Shown one piece after another: positions 51,301-62,985 of a stretch of 64,000 nucleotides of DNA. Both the position numbers and the translations under genes were made by a program. The notes beneath the pieces were generated by a model, which was not told the DNA's origin, searched no databases, and worked only from the letters and a program-made list of their open reading frames with translations. Positions within the stretch are counted from its first letter, which is position 1. Every line of letters starts with the position of its first letter. The DNA lies in assembly GCF_000143415.4 (NCBI RefSeq), contig NW_003314403.1, forward strand, positions 203,743-267,742, given 5' to 3'. This stretch comes from Selaginella moellendorffii (taxonomy: Eukaryota > Plantae > Lycopodiophyta).

Positions 51301-52582
51301 GGGAGAGTGTCGCGAATATGATTTCGGGTATCGAAAGTTACCTATCAACCGGTCCTTACGGACACTCTTTCCTTACTACCATGACGGCAGAAGGTCGGTA
51401 TTGCTGGTTCCCTTTATCAGCCCCTCTTGTTCAAGTGTTAGTTTACTAGGCTTAGCACCTGTACTTAGCCAGATGGACATAAGGTAAGAACTCCTATGTG
51501 TTTCTAGCTAAGCATACTCGGCTTGGCTCTTAGTTCTCTTTTGCTCTGTCTTGCATTGGCTTGACAAGAACCCTCGCGTATTGAGATTAGTCCCTCAATA
51601 TCGCTGGATGATAGCTTACTGTGTCTGCCAAACACCCTTGCTATCATGCCCTTTGCGTTAATCTCATTTCGGTCCCAAATGCTATTTATGGAAAGTGTCT
51701 AGATTCGCTCATTTGGCATATCTACGGAATGTAGAGATCGGCCTAAACACAATGGTGTTCGTCCCGTGTCCAAATTCGCAATCTAAGGACATTTTATATT
51801 TAGTAAGTTTCAAGCTTGTCCCAGAGACTAACTCCTGATACTAAGGGAGGCTTGGGGTGAAAGACCAAAGCGTGTGTTCCTCAAGGGGGGGGGGGGGGGG
51901 GAAAAAGAAGGGGCGGCGGGGGAATCCCCANNNNNNNNNNNNNNNNNNNNNNNNNNNNNNNNNNNNNNNNNNNNNNNNNNNNNNNNNNNNNNNNNNNNNN
52001 NNNNNNNNNNNNNNNNNNNNNNNNNNNNNNNNNNNNNTGTATAGTAGGGATAGTGATAGTGGGTAAGTCGGGCATGGCCGACCAACCTAAGGCATAGTCT
52101 AGCTCCTACTTGCGTGTCTGTCCTTGTTCTGCGTCCGGCTTGGGTCTAAGCCCAAGTTCCATTCCATGCTAGCTGGTGGAGTACCTATATCCTCACGTTA
52201 GGCCATCGGTATGCTGAAATAGCGCCAGACTCCATTTGGCTCCGTTTTGCATGCTGGTCTTGGCATTGGGATGTTGGTTGCTCTAGGACTATTCCAAGTC
52301 GCTCCAGACTCCTGTCCCTTCGCTCCTTGGGCTGTATGCTTGGGAGTTGCTCTGTGGTTCGGTTCTGTCACTCCTTGGCTCCATGCTTGGGAGTTTAGCA
52401 TTGTTCTTTCTTTCAATGGCCCAAGGCCTTGAACCGAGGGTTCCACACCACGTTCATTTGGACACGTGGCATGTGACACGTGGCATCTGTCACATGGCAC
52501 AAAGAGGGTTTAGGTTCCGCTTCGTGGTGTTATCCTATGGTAAATCACCATAGGATAGAGGGTAAAAACCACGTGCGCTACA
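45304..52582 (+). mobile_element. LTR retrotransposon element B (non-coding, LARD-like; sister of element A)
   Basis: LTRs 45304-46453 and 51308-52582 (TGTCGC...CTACA). PBS TGGTATTAGAG from 46456, PPT aagggggggagag at 51295-51307, TSD caagc/caaac. The flanks rejoin to the host protease frame (..FDVCIKGLEVLV). Confidence 0.92.
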
Positions 52583-52882
52583 CAAACATCGAAATGTTGA
52601 GCAAAGGTAATTACACCTTCCACCATGTATGGAAGAATTCCTTAGGTAACTAAACCATGTTTCGCAACAAAGTTTGCCGAAACAAAGTTGTTATCGCTCC
52701 CACTATCCAGTAAAATCCGTACCAGATTGCCACCGAATATGCCCAAAGTTGATTCACAAGTATCCTTGAGTAGTTGAGTTGACAAGCAATGATCGAAAGT
52801 CTCTTCCTCCAACTGGAATGGTCATTCTCGTCATTCTCACGTTGCAAACTGCCATTCTTCTTATCTTGTTGCTTGTTCTTCA

Positions 52883-53430
52883 TATAAGCTCCTAAGTTTG
52901 GATTTCCCGGGAGGTCACCCAGCCCAGTACTATTCAAACCCAAGGACGCTTAACTCCAACTATCCGAAGACCCTTAACCAATTGGAAAAGGGGGTGCACT
53001 CTTATTTATGGGCCTTTTCCTTCTATATTTGAACCCCATAGACCGTTTCTCAAGTCATTCCCTTTGGTTGCTTACAATCCACCACACTTCCCTGCAAGTT
53101 CACGCCCTCGTGAACGAAAGCTAAGAGCCGCAGCTCTCCTGAGAGCCCCGCTCTCTTGACACCCTACCCCTCGGGTCGAGCAACAATTCCCTTAGCCAAC
53201 CAACAGAGTCGGACCCGAGACCTCTCTGATACCAAATGTAAGCTCCTAAGTTTGGACTTCCCGGGAGGTCACCCAACCCAGTACTATTCAAACCCAAGGA
53301 CGCTTAACTCCAACTATCCCAAGACCCTTAACCAATTGGAAAAGGGGGTGCACTCTTATTTATGGGCCCTTTCCCTCTATATTTAAACCCCATAGACCGT
53401 TTCTCAAGTCGTTTCTTTTGGTTGCTTATA
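52883..53430 (-). mobile_element. Complete Cassandra TRIM (548 bp)
   Basis: 194-bp LTRs 52883-53076 and 53237-53430, each with a 5S-like core; 160-bp internal region with PBS TGGTATCAGAG (53234-53224) and PPT gggaagtgtggtggat (53092-53077); perfect TSD CTTCA. Confidence 0.95.
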
Positions 53431-55069
53431 CTTCAATTGTGGACAATTAACCTTGTAGTGTCCAAATTTGCTGCAATGATGACAACCCTATCTATAATTC
53501 TTTATAAAGAACTTCTTCTTCTTGGACCCCTTTGCATCTAAAGTAGTCACCACTAACTTCAACTTCTGATGCTTGTTCTCATCCTTGTGTCCACAGTGAT
53601 CATCACAACAATTCTCAACAAAAGGACTTCACAAATGCTTGTGAGACTTGTGCTTATTATTGTCAAGTTGACGAACCGCATCAAAGAGCTCCTCCAAACT
53701 CTTTGTAAGCTGAGAATGACGCAAGTGTTGTTGCATACTCTCACTATGAATGCCATCAATGAAGTAAAACTTGTTCTAATCTGGATCCTTTGTTGAAACA
53801 CGACTAATCAAGTGAGTAAACTTCTCAATATAGTCCCTGAGCGTTATTTTCCCTTGTTGGAAATGTCAAAGTTTAGTACAAGCATTCTTCATATCGTAAT
53901 GAGGGGGCAAAACGTAAACGGAAAGTAACCTCAAACTCATTCATGGTAGACACTGATGGTTTCTTATCCGCAACACGAGACTCCTCAAGCCAATTCCACC
54001 ATCGAAAACCCACATCACACAAAACCATTGGAATAGCCACTAAAGCCTTTGCATCTAGAGTTCCTCTAGCAGCCAACAACTTCTTCACATTAACTAGCCA
54101 AGTGAGACACTCATCCACACCACTATCACCAGAAAAGGTTGGAATCTTGAATTAATCTACCAAAGAAGACTTATTTGGAGTGTTACCACGTTTAGCCTCA
54201 AGTGCTTCAACATGCCTACGCATGGTATCCATCATGCCATGCATTTTGTCTTGCATCTTTTGTTGATTTCAATTAAGGGTTTGCAACTCATGAACCACAT
54301 CTTGAATAGTCCAAATCTCCGTAACTCTATTGGCACCATCATTAACACCACCATTGACAATAAAATTCCAATGTTCAACTTGGTTGGCCATCACAACCAA
54401 CTCTTCTAATACCAATGTTATGATCTAGTGCAAAAAAAACAAAGTTCTAACTACCTTAGATTATGTTATATCTTTTAAGGTTCCTCACCACCCAACCACC
54501 CCCAAGCTACCTCATAAACTCCATTGTGCTGCCGCTCCCTTTGACCGACGTTGACCACGTGGTCAAAGCTGGCACCTAACAGCCAGGCCTGTAGCCAAGC
54601 GCAAGTTTCTGTTCAAGCACGGTGTGCCTAAGCACATTGAAGCGCAGCAGGATCCCCACACCACTGCCAAGCTGAGACAGCCACTGGAATCGGTCATGCC
54701 CAAGGAACGAACCTTTGCTTGAGAAAGATGGGGAGTGTTTGGTGATGCTTCTTCTTGTCCTGGTGCCTGGCAGCACAAAACGAATTAAAGTTTTAAGCAC
54801 AAGTCTACAAGAAACACACGCTAGATAAACTCCTCCCTCGCCCTCCTTGCCTGGGCAATCTCTCGACATTCCACAAGCGAACTTTGTCGCACCCCGAGAT
54901 AATTCCTGTTCCGATGGTAGTTCAACACTCACATGAAAGCATTGAGAGTGAAAGAATGATGTCAGTTCGTTAGTATTTCAAAACGTGAAGGACTCTGAAG
55001 ATAGCCAGTATCGATCAAGCTCAAGACATAAGATTTAGGAACACTAACCTTTGCTTGATAAAGATCGAA

Positions 55070-56552
55070 TCAATACAAGGAGAATGTTTTGGTGATGCTT
55101 CTTGTCCTGGTGGCTGGCCTCGCAGCAGCTCGGCAGCAGCACAGCCTGCAAAACTGCTCCTTGGCCACCCCCAGCACCGAGCAAACTCCAAACGAGACAA
55201 AATGTAGCACAATGAGGCCAGAGTACCTTGGCAAATAAGCAAATTTTGCCTTTGTCAGTGTCAACTGGACACAAGATAACGATTACCATATTGGTGCAGA
55301 AGCAGTGGTGATGTCCAAGAAGGGGTATGGCCACCTGAAGTTGCAAAAATTTAGCTCTAAATTCCATCACAACTCTTTTCGATCTTACCAGCTTACGCCT
55401 GTAGCATGCATTATCCACAAGAAGAGGGTGTAAGCAACACTCCACAGGGTGAAGTAGGCGCACCGAAACCATGGAAAAGGCTGCACGGACGACACAGTCA
55501 CGACCACCATTTATAATTTCATATATACTAGAACTCACCATGGTGTTCACCATGAACTCTGTCAGAATAAACAAGGCGTTGATTCCATGAACGTTGATGT
55601 TGAGCTGCGGGATGTAAGTAAAGCAACGTGTTTTATTTCCGAGTCGATCAAGAAACTTACGAAGTTGTTTCGAAATCCGGATGGTATGACGAGTGGAACA
55701 AGAACGAGCCAAAACATCGCATCCGTGAGCAGCACGGCTGGAGCTGAGATCTAGCCAGAATAAAAGAAAGAAAGAAAAGGCAAGTGATTATAGCTTGCAA
55801 ACTTGCTGACACGAAACAAAATACCTGAAACAAGATTTGCAGCAAGTAGCCCAGGCATCCAGCATTGGTTTCTTCCGGTGCTGTCGAAGCACCAGGTGAT
55901 GAAACACCAGCTTCCTCCGGCGATCCCTTGAGAAGCGAGACACTCTGGGCGGTGTCTGTCTCTCGGCCACGATTGCAAAACATTCCTTTCGCACTCACCA
56001 GCGACGCAAGCTACAAAACAGTCCAGGCTCACGAAAGTAAAAAGAAAAAATCGTCTTTTTGGTAAGAGCGGAAAAGTTACCGCGAAATAGACGACAGTGA
56101 GAGTGAAAGTCCACCTGCAAGGGACACAGAAATTGATGCCTTGAGTGGAGGCTTCACACATTTTCTACCTACAAACCGAGAGTTAATTAGTGCTGAGACT
56201 TATAGAAAGGAAACAAAGCTTACTGTGTGTAGAAGCGATAGGAGAAAACCCCGTGGAAGCAAAGATCATAGACGAGAATCGGGAGAAAGTAGACGAATCC
56301 CAGAGCCCGGAACGCCAGCAGCCATCCAGGATGCAGCGCTCCAGCGCAGGCCGCCCACAAATCCCCGTCCGCCACAAAATCCACACTCCCCACGCCCACA
56401 GTCACCTCCCTCCGGGCAGCATTCCAAGCGCATCGCGTCCCAAAGCGCTCGTACTTCCAGATCAATGCGATGGATCCACAAACCACCAATGCGATCTCCA
56501 CAGTGCACAGAATCGCCGGCCATCGCTCCCCCACCAAGCTCCCAAACGCCAT
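55070..56552 (-). CDS. Rolling-stone/FAR-17a-like multi-pass membrane protein (multi-exon)
   Basis: LHPGWLLAFR, FYTQ|WTFTLTVVYF, YLLQILFQ, AVLLTDAMFW, NVHGINA, FPWFRCAYF and WPYPFLD..APIW|Y, motifs typical of this plant family. Confidence 0.85.
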
Positions 56553-56878
56553 AGCCACCGCCTCTTCCCCCTCTCTCTCTAGTTCTTTGCCCTAGGACCA
56601 GTCTGTTGAATGGCCCGCCACGTGGTGCCTCGCCATTGGCTTCCGGCCGGGGTCTCTGTGTGGGCAGTCGGTCTCTTTTGTGAGAGCGTTTGCTCGTCCT
56701 CTTCTTCCCCTCTCTTTCTTTCCCCCTCACATTTTTCTTGTGGAGCTCCGAGATTTGTGCCAGATCTACGCAGCTCATTGTCTTGTGGCCGTGAATCTCG
56801 ATCCGGCTTTTAGGGTTCTAGCAATGCAGAGATCTCCCCGGAATTGATAGCCTAGCGCATTGGATTCGCGACAAAGGA

Positions 56879-58208
56879 ATGTCGCTTCGTGCTCCCAAGG
56901 GCGTGGGGCTTGCATGGCAGCCTGAGAATCCAGCGCTCCTCGGCCGGGCTGGCAGCGTCGCGTCAGCGAAGGCGTCATCAAGCTCCAAGAGTAGAGGAGC
57001 TCTTTTTCGTGTCAAGGGGGGCGTTGCGCGTCACAGCATGGATTTCCCACACAAGAACAGGGAAATGGATTCGTGCTCCTCTCAAGATCGCGAAGATGTT
57101 TCTTCCAAGCGATCGACCACGAGTCCGTGCCTTCCTGGTAAGTTTGACGCATAGGTAGCTCGCAGGGCTTGATTTTTTCTTGCTCTTTCGATCCAGGGAT
57201 CATCTATCCTCCAACCACGACTGTGGGAAAATCGACCAACATCTTCTGGCAGGAATGCATGGTGAAGAAACAAGATCGAGAGGCGATGCTGCGCCAGAAA
57301 GGATGCGTCGTGTGGATCACTGGCCTCAGTGCTTCAGGTGCTGTTTTTAAGGTGAAAGCTTTGGCTCTAGCGATTCTTTTGACGTGATGTTCTTGCTTCT
57401 TTCCTTCCTTCCTTGGCTGGCAGGGAAGAGCACTCTAGCTTGCGCGCTGGATCACGCACTGCTCAGCCGGGGGAAGCTCAGCTACGTTCTCGACGGAGAC
57501 AATCTCCGCCATGGTCTCAACAACAACTTGGGATTCAGTGCCGAGGATCGAGCTGAAAACATTCGACGTGTTGGTACTCATCTCGATCGACACTTTTTCC
57601 AAAAGAGAAAGTTTGTTTAATGTTTGCTTGCTTTTCTAGGTGAAGTTGCCAAGCTTTTCGCCGATGCCGGACTGATTTGCATTGCGAGCTTTATATCACC
57701 GTATAGAAAAGATCGCGATTCCTGCCGTCAGCTACTTCCCGCGGGAGACTTCATTGAGGTGAACTGTCTCTTTTTCTTTTGGACAAGATATTGAAGACTG
57801 CCAGCACAGGTCTATCTCAAAGTTCCTCTCAGTGTTTGCGAGAAGAGAGATCCCAAAGGCCTTTACAAGCTGGCTCGTGCTGGAAAGATCAAAGGTTTCT
57901 CTTTCTTTTTTTTGGGGGGGCTTGCACAGTGCTTTAAGTTGGTTTGTTTCAGGATTCACCGGCATTGATGATCCATACGAGGAGCCTCATAACTGCGAGG
58001 TACTTACTGCTGAGACTCTTTTCTGGTTTCACGAGTAAAGCATAAGCCAATGCAGATCGTAATGGAGATAGACGACGGTGCTGTTCCCACGCCTTCGGAG
58101 ATGGCCGACACCGTCATCTCGTTTCTCGAGCAAGAAGGTTACTTGCCTGCCAAGCAAAACAGTAACAATGGCTCCGGTGTACATACCAACATTGACTGTG
58201 AAGGCTAG
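56879..58208 (+). CDS. APK: Adenylyl-sulfate (APS) kinase with N-terminal transit-peptide-like extension (multi-exon)
   Basis: [10 protein letters not shown]-loop [53 protein letters not shown] and [12 protein letters not shown]; stop TAG at 58206-58208. Confidence 0.96.
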
Positions 58209-58278
58209 AGAAGTTTGCTTGGAAACACGGTAAACTGTTATTCCTTTCACTCTTACTAATCCATCCGTTTCCTTTTTT

Positions 58279-59321
58279 CTAGTAAGAAAGCCTGCAGTTT
58301 TGGAAAGCTTCCACGACGAGCTGGGCCGTCTTGAGAGAGCTCTGTGGATTCTGACCCGTGATCAGTCTCCCATCAGCCACGGCGTAAGGTGTCTGGAACC
58401 AAAAATCCCGTGAGTTTTCTAAACAACGAGCTCTCCAACTTGGACAAACCCACCCAGTCTGAGCCAGATTCGTAGCGTCCTCCCAGCTTCTTGAGCTTGT
58501 CCTCGAGGAGGTATGGAACTTTATCAGTCTTTCCAACCGCGGCTTCCTCCGAGTTGCTGAAACCAGTCACCTGTGACAAGAAGAAAGCGTTACAAAGCGT
58601 GATCCAAAGATTTGGAATGGAAGAAACGCTACCTTCTTTCCCTTGACGATGGGATCGCCGTCTGGAGTGAGCGGGCCACAAAGGCCGACTGGACCGTGGC
58701 ACACAGCAGCGACGATCTTGCCATCGGCCCAAAACTTTTCAACCAGCGCTATGAGCTCCGCGTTCTCGGCAAAGTCGAAGCACACTCCATGTCCTCCTGC
58801 GAGAGAAAAAGTGAGACCACACTAAACAATCGAAGAGCTTGCCTGGCAGGAAGATCGCATCGTACGTGTCGGCAGCATCTTTGATCGCGATCGACTTCTC
58901 CAGTTTGTCTTTCAAGCCATGCTCTGATAGAAAACCAAGTAGAACCTTACACTCATTTTTGGAAAGAAGTAGAGAGTACCGTTTTGATGAAAGCGCTTGA
59001 CATGATCAGTGGTGTAGTTCTCCGCAAGACTGTTTGGATCTGGAGAGAGGTCATAAAAAAGACTAGTTGCAAAGATCCAGAAAGATCATCAGCACAAACC
59101 CAATGGAATGGCGCCTCCTTTGATGCTTGCAACATCACACTTGGCGCCTTGTTCGATGAACTCGTAGTACGGTGCCGCCAGTTCCTCGGCCCTGCGACAC
59201 CGCTCAATCCACAAACCTTTTGGATTCCATCACAATGGACTTACCAAAGCCCGGTCTTCTCGTCCACCGCCTTAAAGCGATCGCACGAGGTGCACACAAA
59301 CAAGACGCGCTTCTCCGCCAT
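58279..59321 (-). CDS. DJ-1/PfpI-superfamily protein of Hsp31 (glyoxalase III) type, single domain (multi-exon)
   Basis: RVLFVCTS..TGLW.EELAAPY, DVASIKGG.IPLDP.S, YDAIFLPGGHG, AAVCHGP, VTGFSNSEE, VPYLLEDKL and LITGQNPQS. Confidence 0.92.
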
Positions 59322-59446
59322 AGCCAAAAGCAAGAAATCTCTGTGCGTCTAGAGAGAAAAAAACTGGACGAACCCTTTCTATGTATTCCACGTGTTAGAA
59401 CAGATATGGAATATAAAAGAGCTTCTTTTCTTTGATCGTAGACTTT

Positions 59447-61271
59447 CTAGTCGTGCGTAGCGGCGGCAGCGTGACGAGCTGCTCGAGCCAAGGGACCAAA
59501 CAGCTTCTTTAGCTGCTGAACTCGATCGTTGTGACAGCCAAGGATTGCGGGAGAAGGCTTGGCATCCGCAGCTCCTTGATCGATCAGCAAATCAAAGCCT
59601 CCAACCTGTGAAGACATCAAACTAGATCTTCACTGAACAAGAGAAAAGCTTACTCTTTTCGGAGAGCTTTGCGCTGGTAGACGTCGCTCCATGTCCACAA
59701 TGGAAAGCAAGTCGTCCAGCATTCCAAACTTGAGGTCGTAGTCGGATGGAGTATCAGCAGCCAGGCTCGGAGATGCATTTACCTGCACTTAAAACCTGTG
59801 AGAGAAATGAGAAAGCTTGTATGGTACGTACTTCGAGCAACCACGGCTTGAGAGACTCGTCCACGAGAATGTCGTATCCATAGAGCTCGAAGCAGTGCTT
59901 GTCCTGGATGATTACGTTTTGCACCGCTATAAGTGACCGGATGATTATCATCTGGATGTTGTGGAAGAGCTCGTTCACGGCCTTCTCTCCATGCTTGGTG
60001 ATCATGTGTATCTTCAAACTCTGTAGTGGCCTGGTGAAAGAAATTTGTTTAATGCAAAAACATGTGAATGGATCACTCACCATTTTGTTCCATTCTTTGA
60101 ATCGTAAGTTGGGGCCGTCTTCTGTATAGCAAAATTCGTGAGATGGACGTAGTTGTTCAAGATATCTTCTTTCTTCATGCTGAAACGCGTGTTTGTGAAT
60201 CTCGCAAAACCTGATCTGTATAGGTAGGCCTGGAAAGATCGAGTAAAATGACCTTCAAGACGTAGAAATGGCATAACAGGGAGTACCTTCAGTGGTGTAT
60301 ATGCCATGACCAAAACGTAGATCCGAAGATCAAATTTTTTGCCGCCGACCAGGTAAGGATTGTTGATGTATCGTTGAACAATGTAGCTTTCCACCTGGCC
60401 ATAGCGTTCATTTCTCAGGAAATCACGAGAGCACTCACCTGTGGATTATCAACTTTCCATCGATGATCCTTCTTCCATTCACTGATCTGCCCGAGCTTGT
60501 GGAACAAAAAGATACCTCTTCCTTGTGCTTTTCCAACGGGTTTCATTATCCAGACTCCCTGCAAGGGAATTTCTATAAGAAAATGTAAAGAAAGAGTAAA
60601 ACTGGATCTTAGCATACCGCATTTCGCTTGAACTGCTCCACAAAGAGGCCATATTCTGCGGGCAAGGCGTAAGTGGGTGGAAAAAAATCGTACTTTGCAG
60701 CTTCCGCGGATCGACTGTCTTTCTCAAGTGTTTTCTTCATGCGCTTCAAGTTCTTGATGAGCAAATCTTTCCGTGTCAGCTGTAGGGAGCATTCTCAGGT
60801 ATTACACCACCTCACAAGGACATACCTTTTTAGTGCATGGATTACAAGAATGCCTGGGAAATGTACCTCGTAGTAGTTTCTAAAGTGATTGATCCTCTGC
60901 AAAGAAAAATTAGCCCATGGCTGATGCAACAAGAGCGTCGTGTACCTGGTGGTCTGCGAGATGGATATGGTCGAAAAACTCGTGCAACCAGCTCACATCG
61001 GACCAGAAAAAATCCCAATCTAGCTCACTGCATCGCCACACTCGAGAATAAAGCAAAGAAACAATAGCTCCAAGTACCTGTCCGTCTCGCTCCACTGCCG
61101 GGCCTTCAAAACTTCGTAGATAACTGTCTTCCAGGAGCAGCGAAACCGGATGCTGGAAAATTCACAGAAAAAATGATTCCAGCAAATGTACAAGAAAGAA
61201 GCCAGCAAATGTACAAGAAAGAAGCAAGCATATTACTTGGGGTTGGGCTTTCCAAGAATTCTCTGAGCCAT
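59447..61271 (-). CDS. TTLL9: Tubulin polyglutamylase, TTLL9-like (multi-exon)
   Basis: [109 protein letters not shown] and VGGFDL. Confidence 0.9.
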
Positions 61272-61602
61272 CCAGCTGAGCAGCGGCACAAGCAGCGATG
61301 GACGAGAAAGCAACGAGCCCTAATCCACGCAACGAGTCTCGGACACCTGAAACGGACGCCGTTGACAGTTTAGAACATTCCTGTCGGTTACAGTTAAGGA
61401 ACGCTCCCGTTGAATATCCCCGAAACCCTAGCTCCTCCTCTACCTAGAAATCGCTCTCTCCGAAAAGAATGCGCCATGGATCGAGCACGGAATGCTCCCC
61501 CAAAGATCTAGGAATCGAGAATGCCCTAAACTATAAACCCTAAAAAAAGAAGGCGGGCTGTTTAAATCCAAATTCAAATTTCAAATTCCAATCCAATGTG
61601 AA

Positions 61603-61765
61603 TCATCCTTCTATATTTAAAAGAGCAAGGGTGACATATTCAATCGAGATTCTTTTCGAGTTTAATGGTGGAGATGAAGACACATGGCAAAAAAACAGTT
61701 GAGGTTGAAACTTTTTTTTTTTTAGGGTAAACCAGTTTTTTTCAATGCATTTTTCCAGGAGAGCT
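61603..61765. repeat. ~160-bp dispersed repeat, inverted copy of 1138-1295
   Basis: tccttctatatttaaaagagcaagggtgacat...tttaatggtggagat...tttagggtaaa is shared with the reverse complement of 1138-1295. Confidence 0.75.
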
Positions 61766-62317
61766 TACTGCACACCATCAGGTTCGCTGCATGATTGCAT
61801 TGGTCCTTACGCGCGGCTGCACACCATGAGGTTCGCTGCATGATTGCATTGGTCCTTACGTTATATACCTTGTGCTCATATGCCGTCAAAGAGACCTCTG
61901 ACTTTCCACAGCACTTGTGGAATCGTGAACAGACCATCTGATCACAATAGTGTGCTGTCCAAAGGCTGCCAGGCGCTCAAGATTTCCACCCAGATCGACT
62001 TGAAAAGCATTCTACCATTCAGTCGGAGCACCTGTATAATACACTTGTAAGTCTGTGAAAGCAGTTTACTGGATCTCTGAAAGACAGTTCTTTCTTTTCC
62101 CTCTGAGTTGAGAATGCTCTTTTTTTGCAGTGTATCTATGTGTCTCAGAGCGTATTGGCAGGATTGGAGTAAAGGTTAAGCTCATCGACTCGGAATTTCC
62201 TTTGTTTAAAGGTAAGGTTTTCAATGCAATGCTTTTTCTTTTATTCTTCTTTTTTTTGCTAGAAGGTCTGTCCACCGATCTTTGTTTTTCAGGAGTGGAT
62301 CTTTGATACCCTAGCAA

Positions 62318-62985
62318 ATGGAGAGAAGCACGACTAAATTTCAGACATTTATCTTGCAACCAGACAACCAGTTATGTGCAGGGTTGCAGGTTGCAGGGTC
62401 CCCAATGGGCGTAAGTCATTTTCATTTCCATCTTGCTGCATCTTCTGTTGTTTCTCCAGCTCTACAAACATGGAGTTATAATCTGTGACAAATGCTATGC
62501 TGTTCATTGAAGCATGGGAGCTTCTGTATCAAAGGTAAATGTAAATAATCTCTCTTCCCAATTTTATGTCCCTTTTCAACAGTTTATGTCCATAAATTCC
62601 AACGACTGGACAGACAAAGGGGTTGAGCTTATGCTGTTTATTGGTGGCAATGCAGCTGCAAATGCTGCATACGAGGCCTTTGTTCCTAAATCTTGGCAAA
62701 AGACCCATGCCAGAATCATCCAATCAAGAGCAATTAGAATTTGTAAGGTTCAGGAGATGCAAAACTGTTTTCTATATTTATTTTTCAACCATCAATGTTT
62801 TCTCAGAAGCAAGTATGAAAGACAAAAATTCGTAAAGCCATGCATTTGGCTTCCTCTTGTCAAGAGTCGACATTCTTTCAAGGCAAGAAGATTCTTCTGT
62901 TCAATGCTTCAATTCTAGAGGTAACCTTACAGTGAGGGACTTCATGATTGGTGACCCTTATGTTGTTCTCACCCTATGAAACCAG
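62318..62985 (+). pseudogene. ArfGAP + C2 domain (AGD11/12/13-like) pseudogene
   Basis: LQPDNQLCA, GVIICDKCYAVH*SMGASVSKV, DWTDKGVELM..GGNAAANAAYEAFVP, RSKYERQKF and the C2 start NLTVRDFMIGDPYVVLTL*. Contains stops and frameshifts. Confidence 0.8.

Larger units (their letters stand above)
42903..54581 (-). mobile_element. Ty3/Gypsy element C (decayed gag-pol), host of element B and a Cassandra TRIM
   Basis: Short LTRs 42903-~43091 and 54416-54581; TSD gctag/gccag; PBS at ~54404-54414; PPT at 43091-43101. Integrase IISDRDSKFTSGFW..SSGNHPQTDGQTERVN (43770-43900), GPY/F region at ~43340, RT LDDILVF at ~45220-45245, gag at 53450-54300. Confidence 0.88.

Noticed and set aside
54700-54775. Separate gene
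   Set aside because: Short local duplicate of the 3' end of the neighbouring membrane-protein gene (55030-55115).
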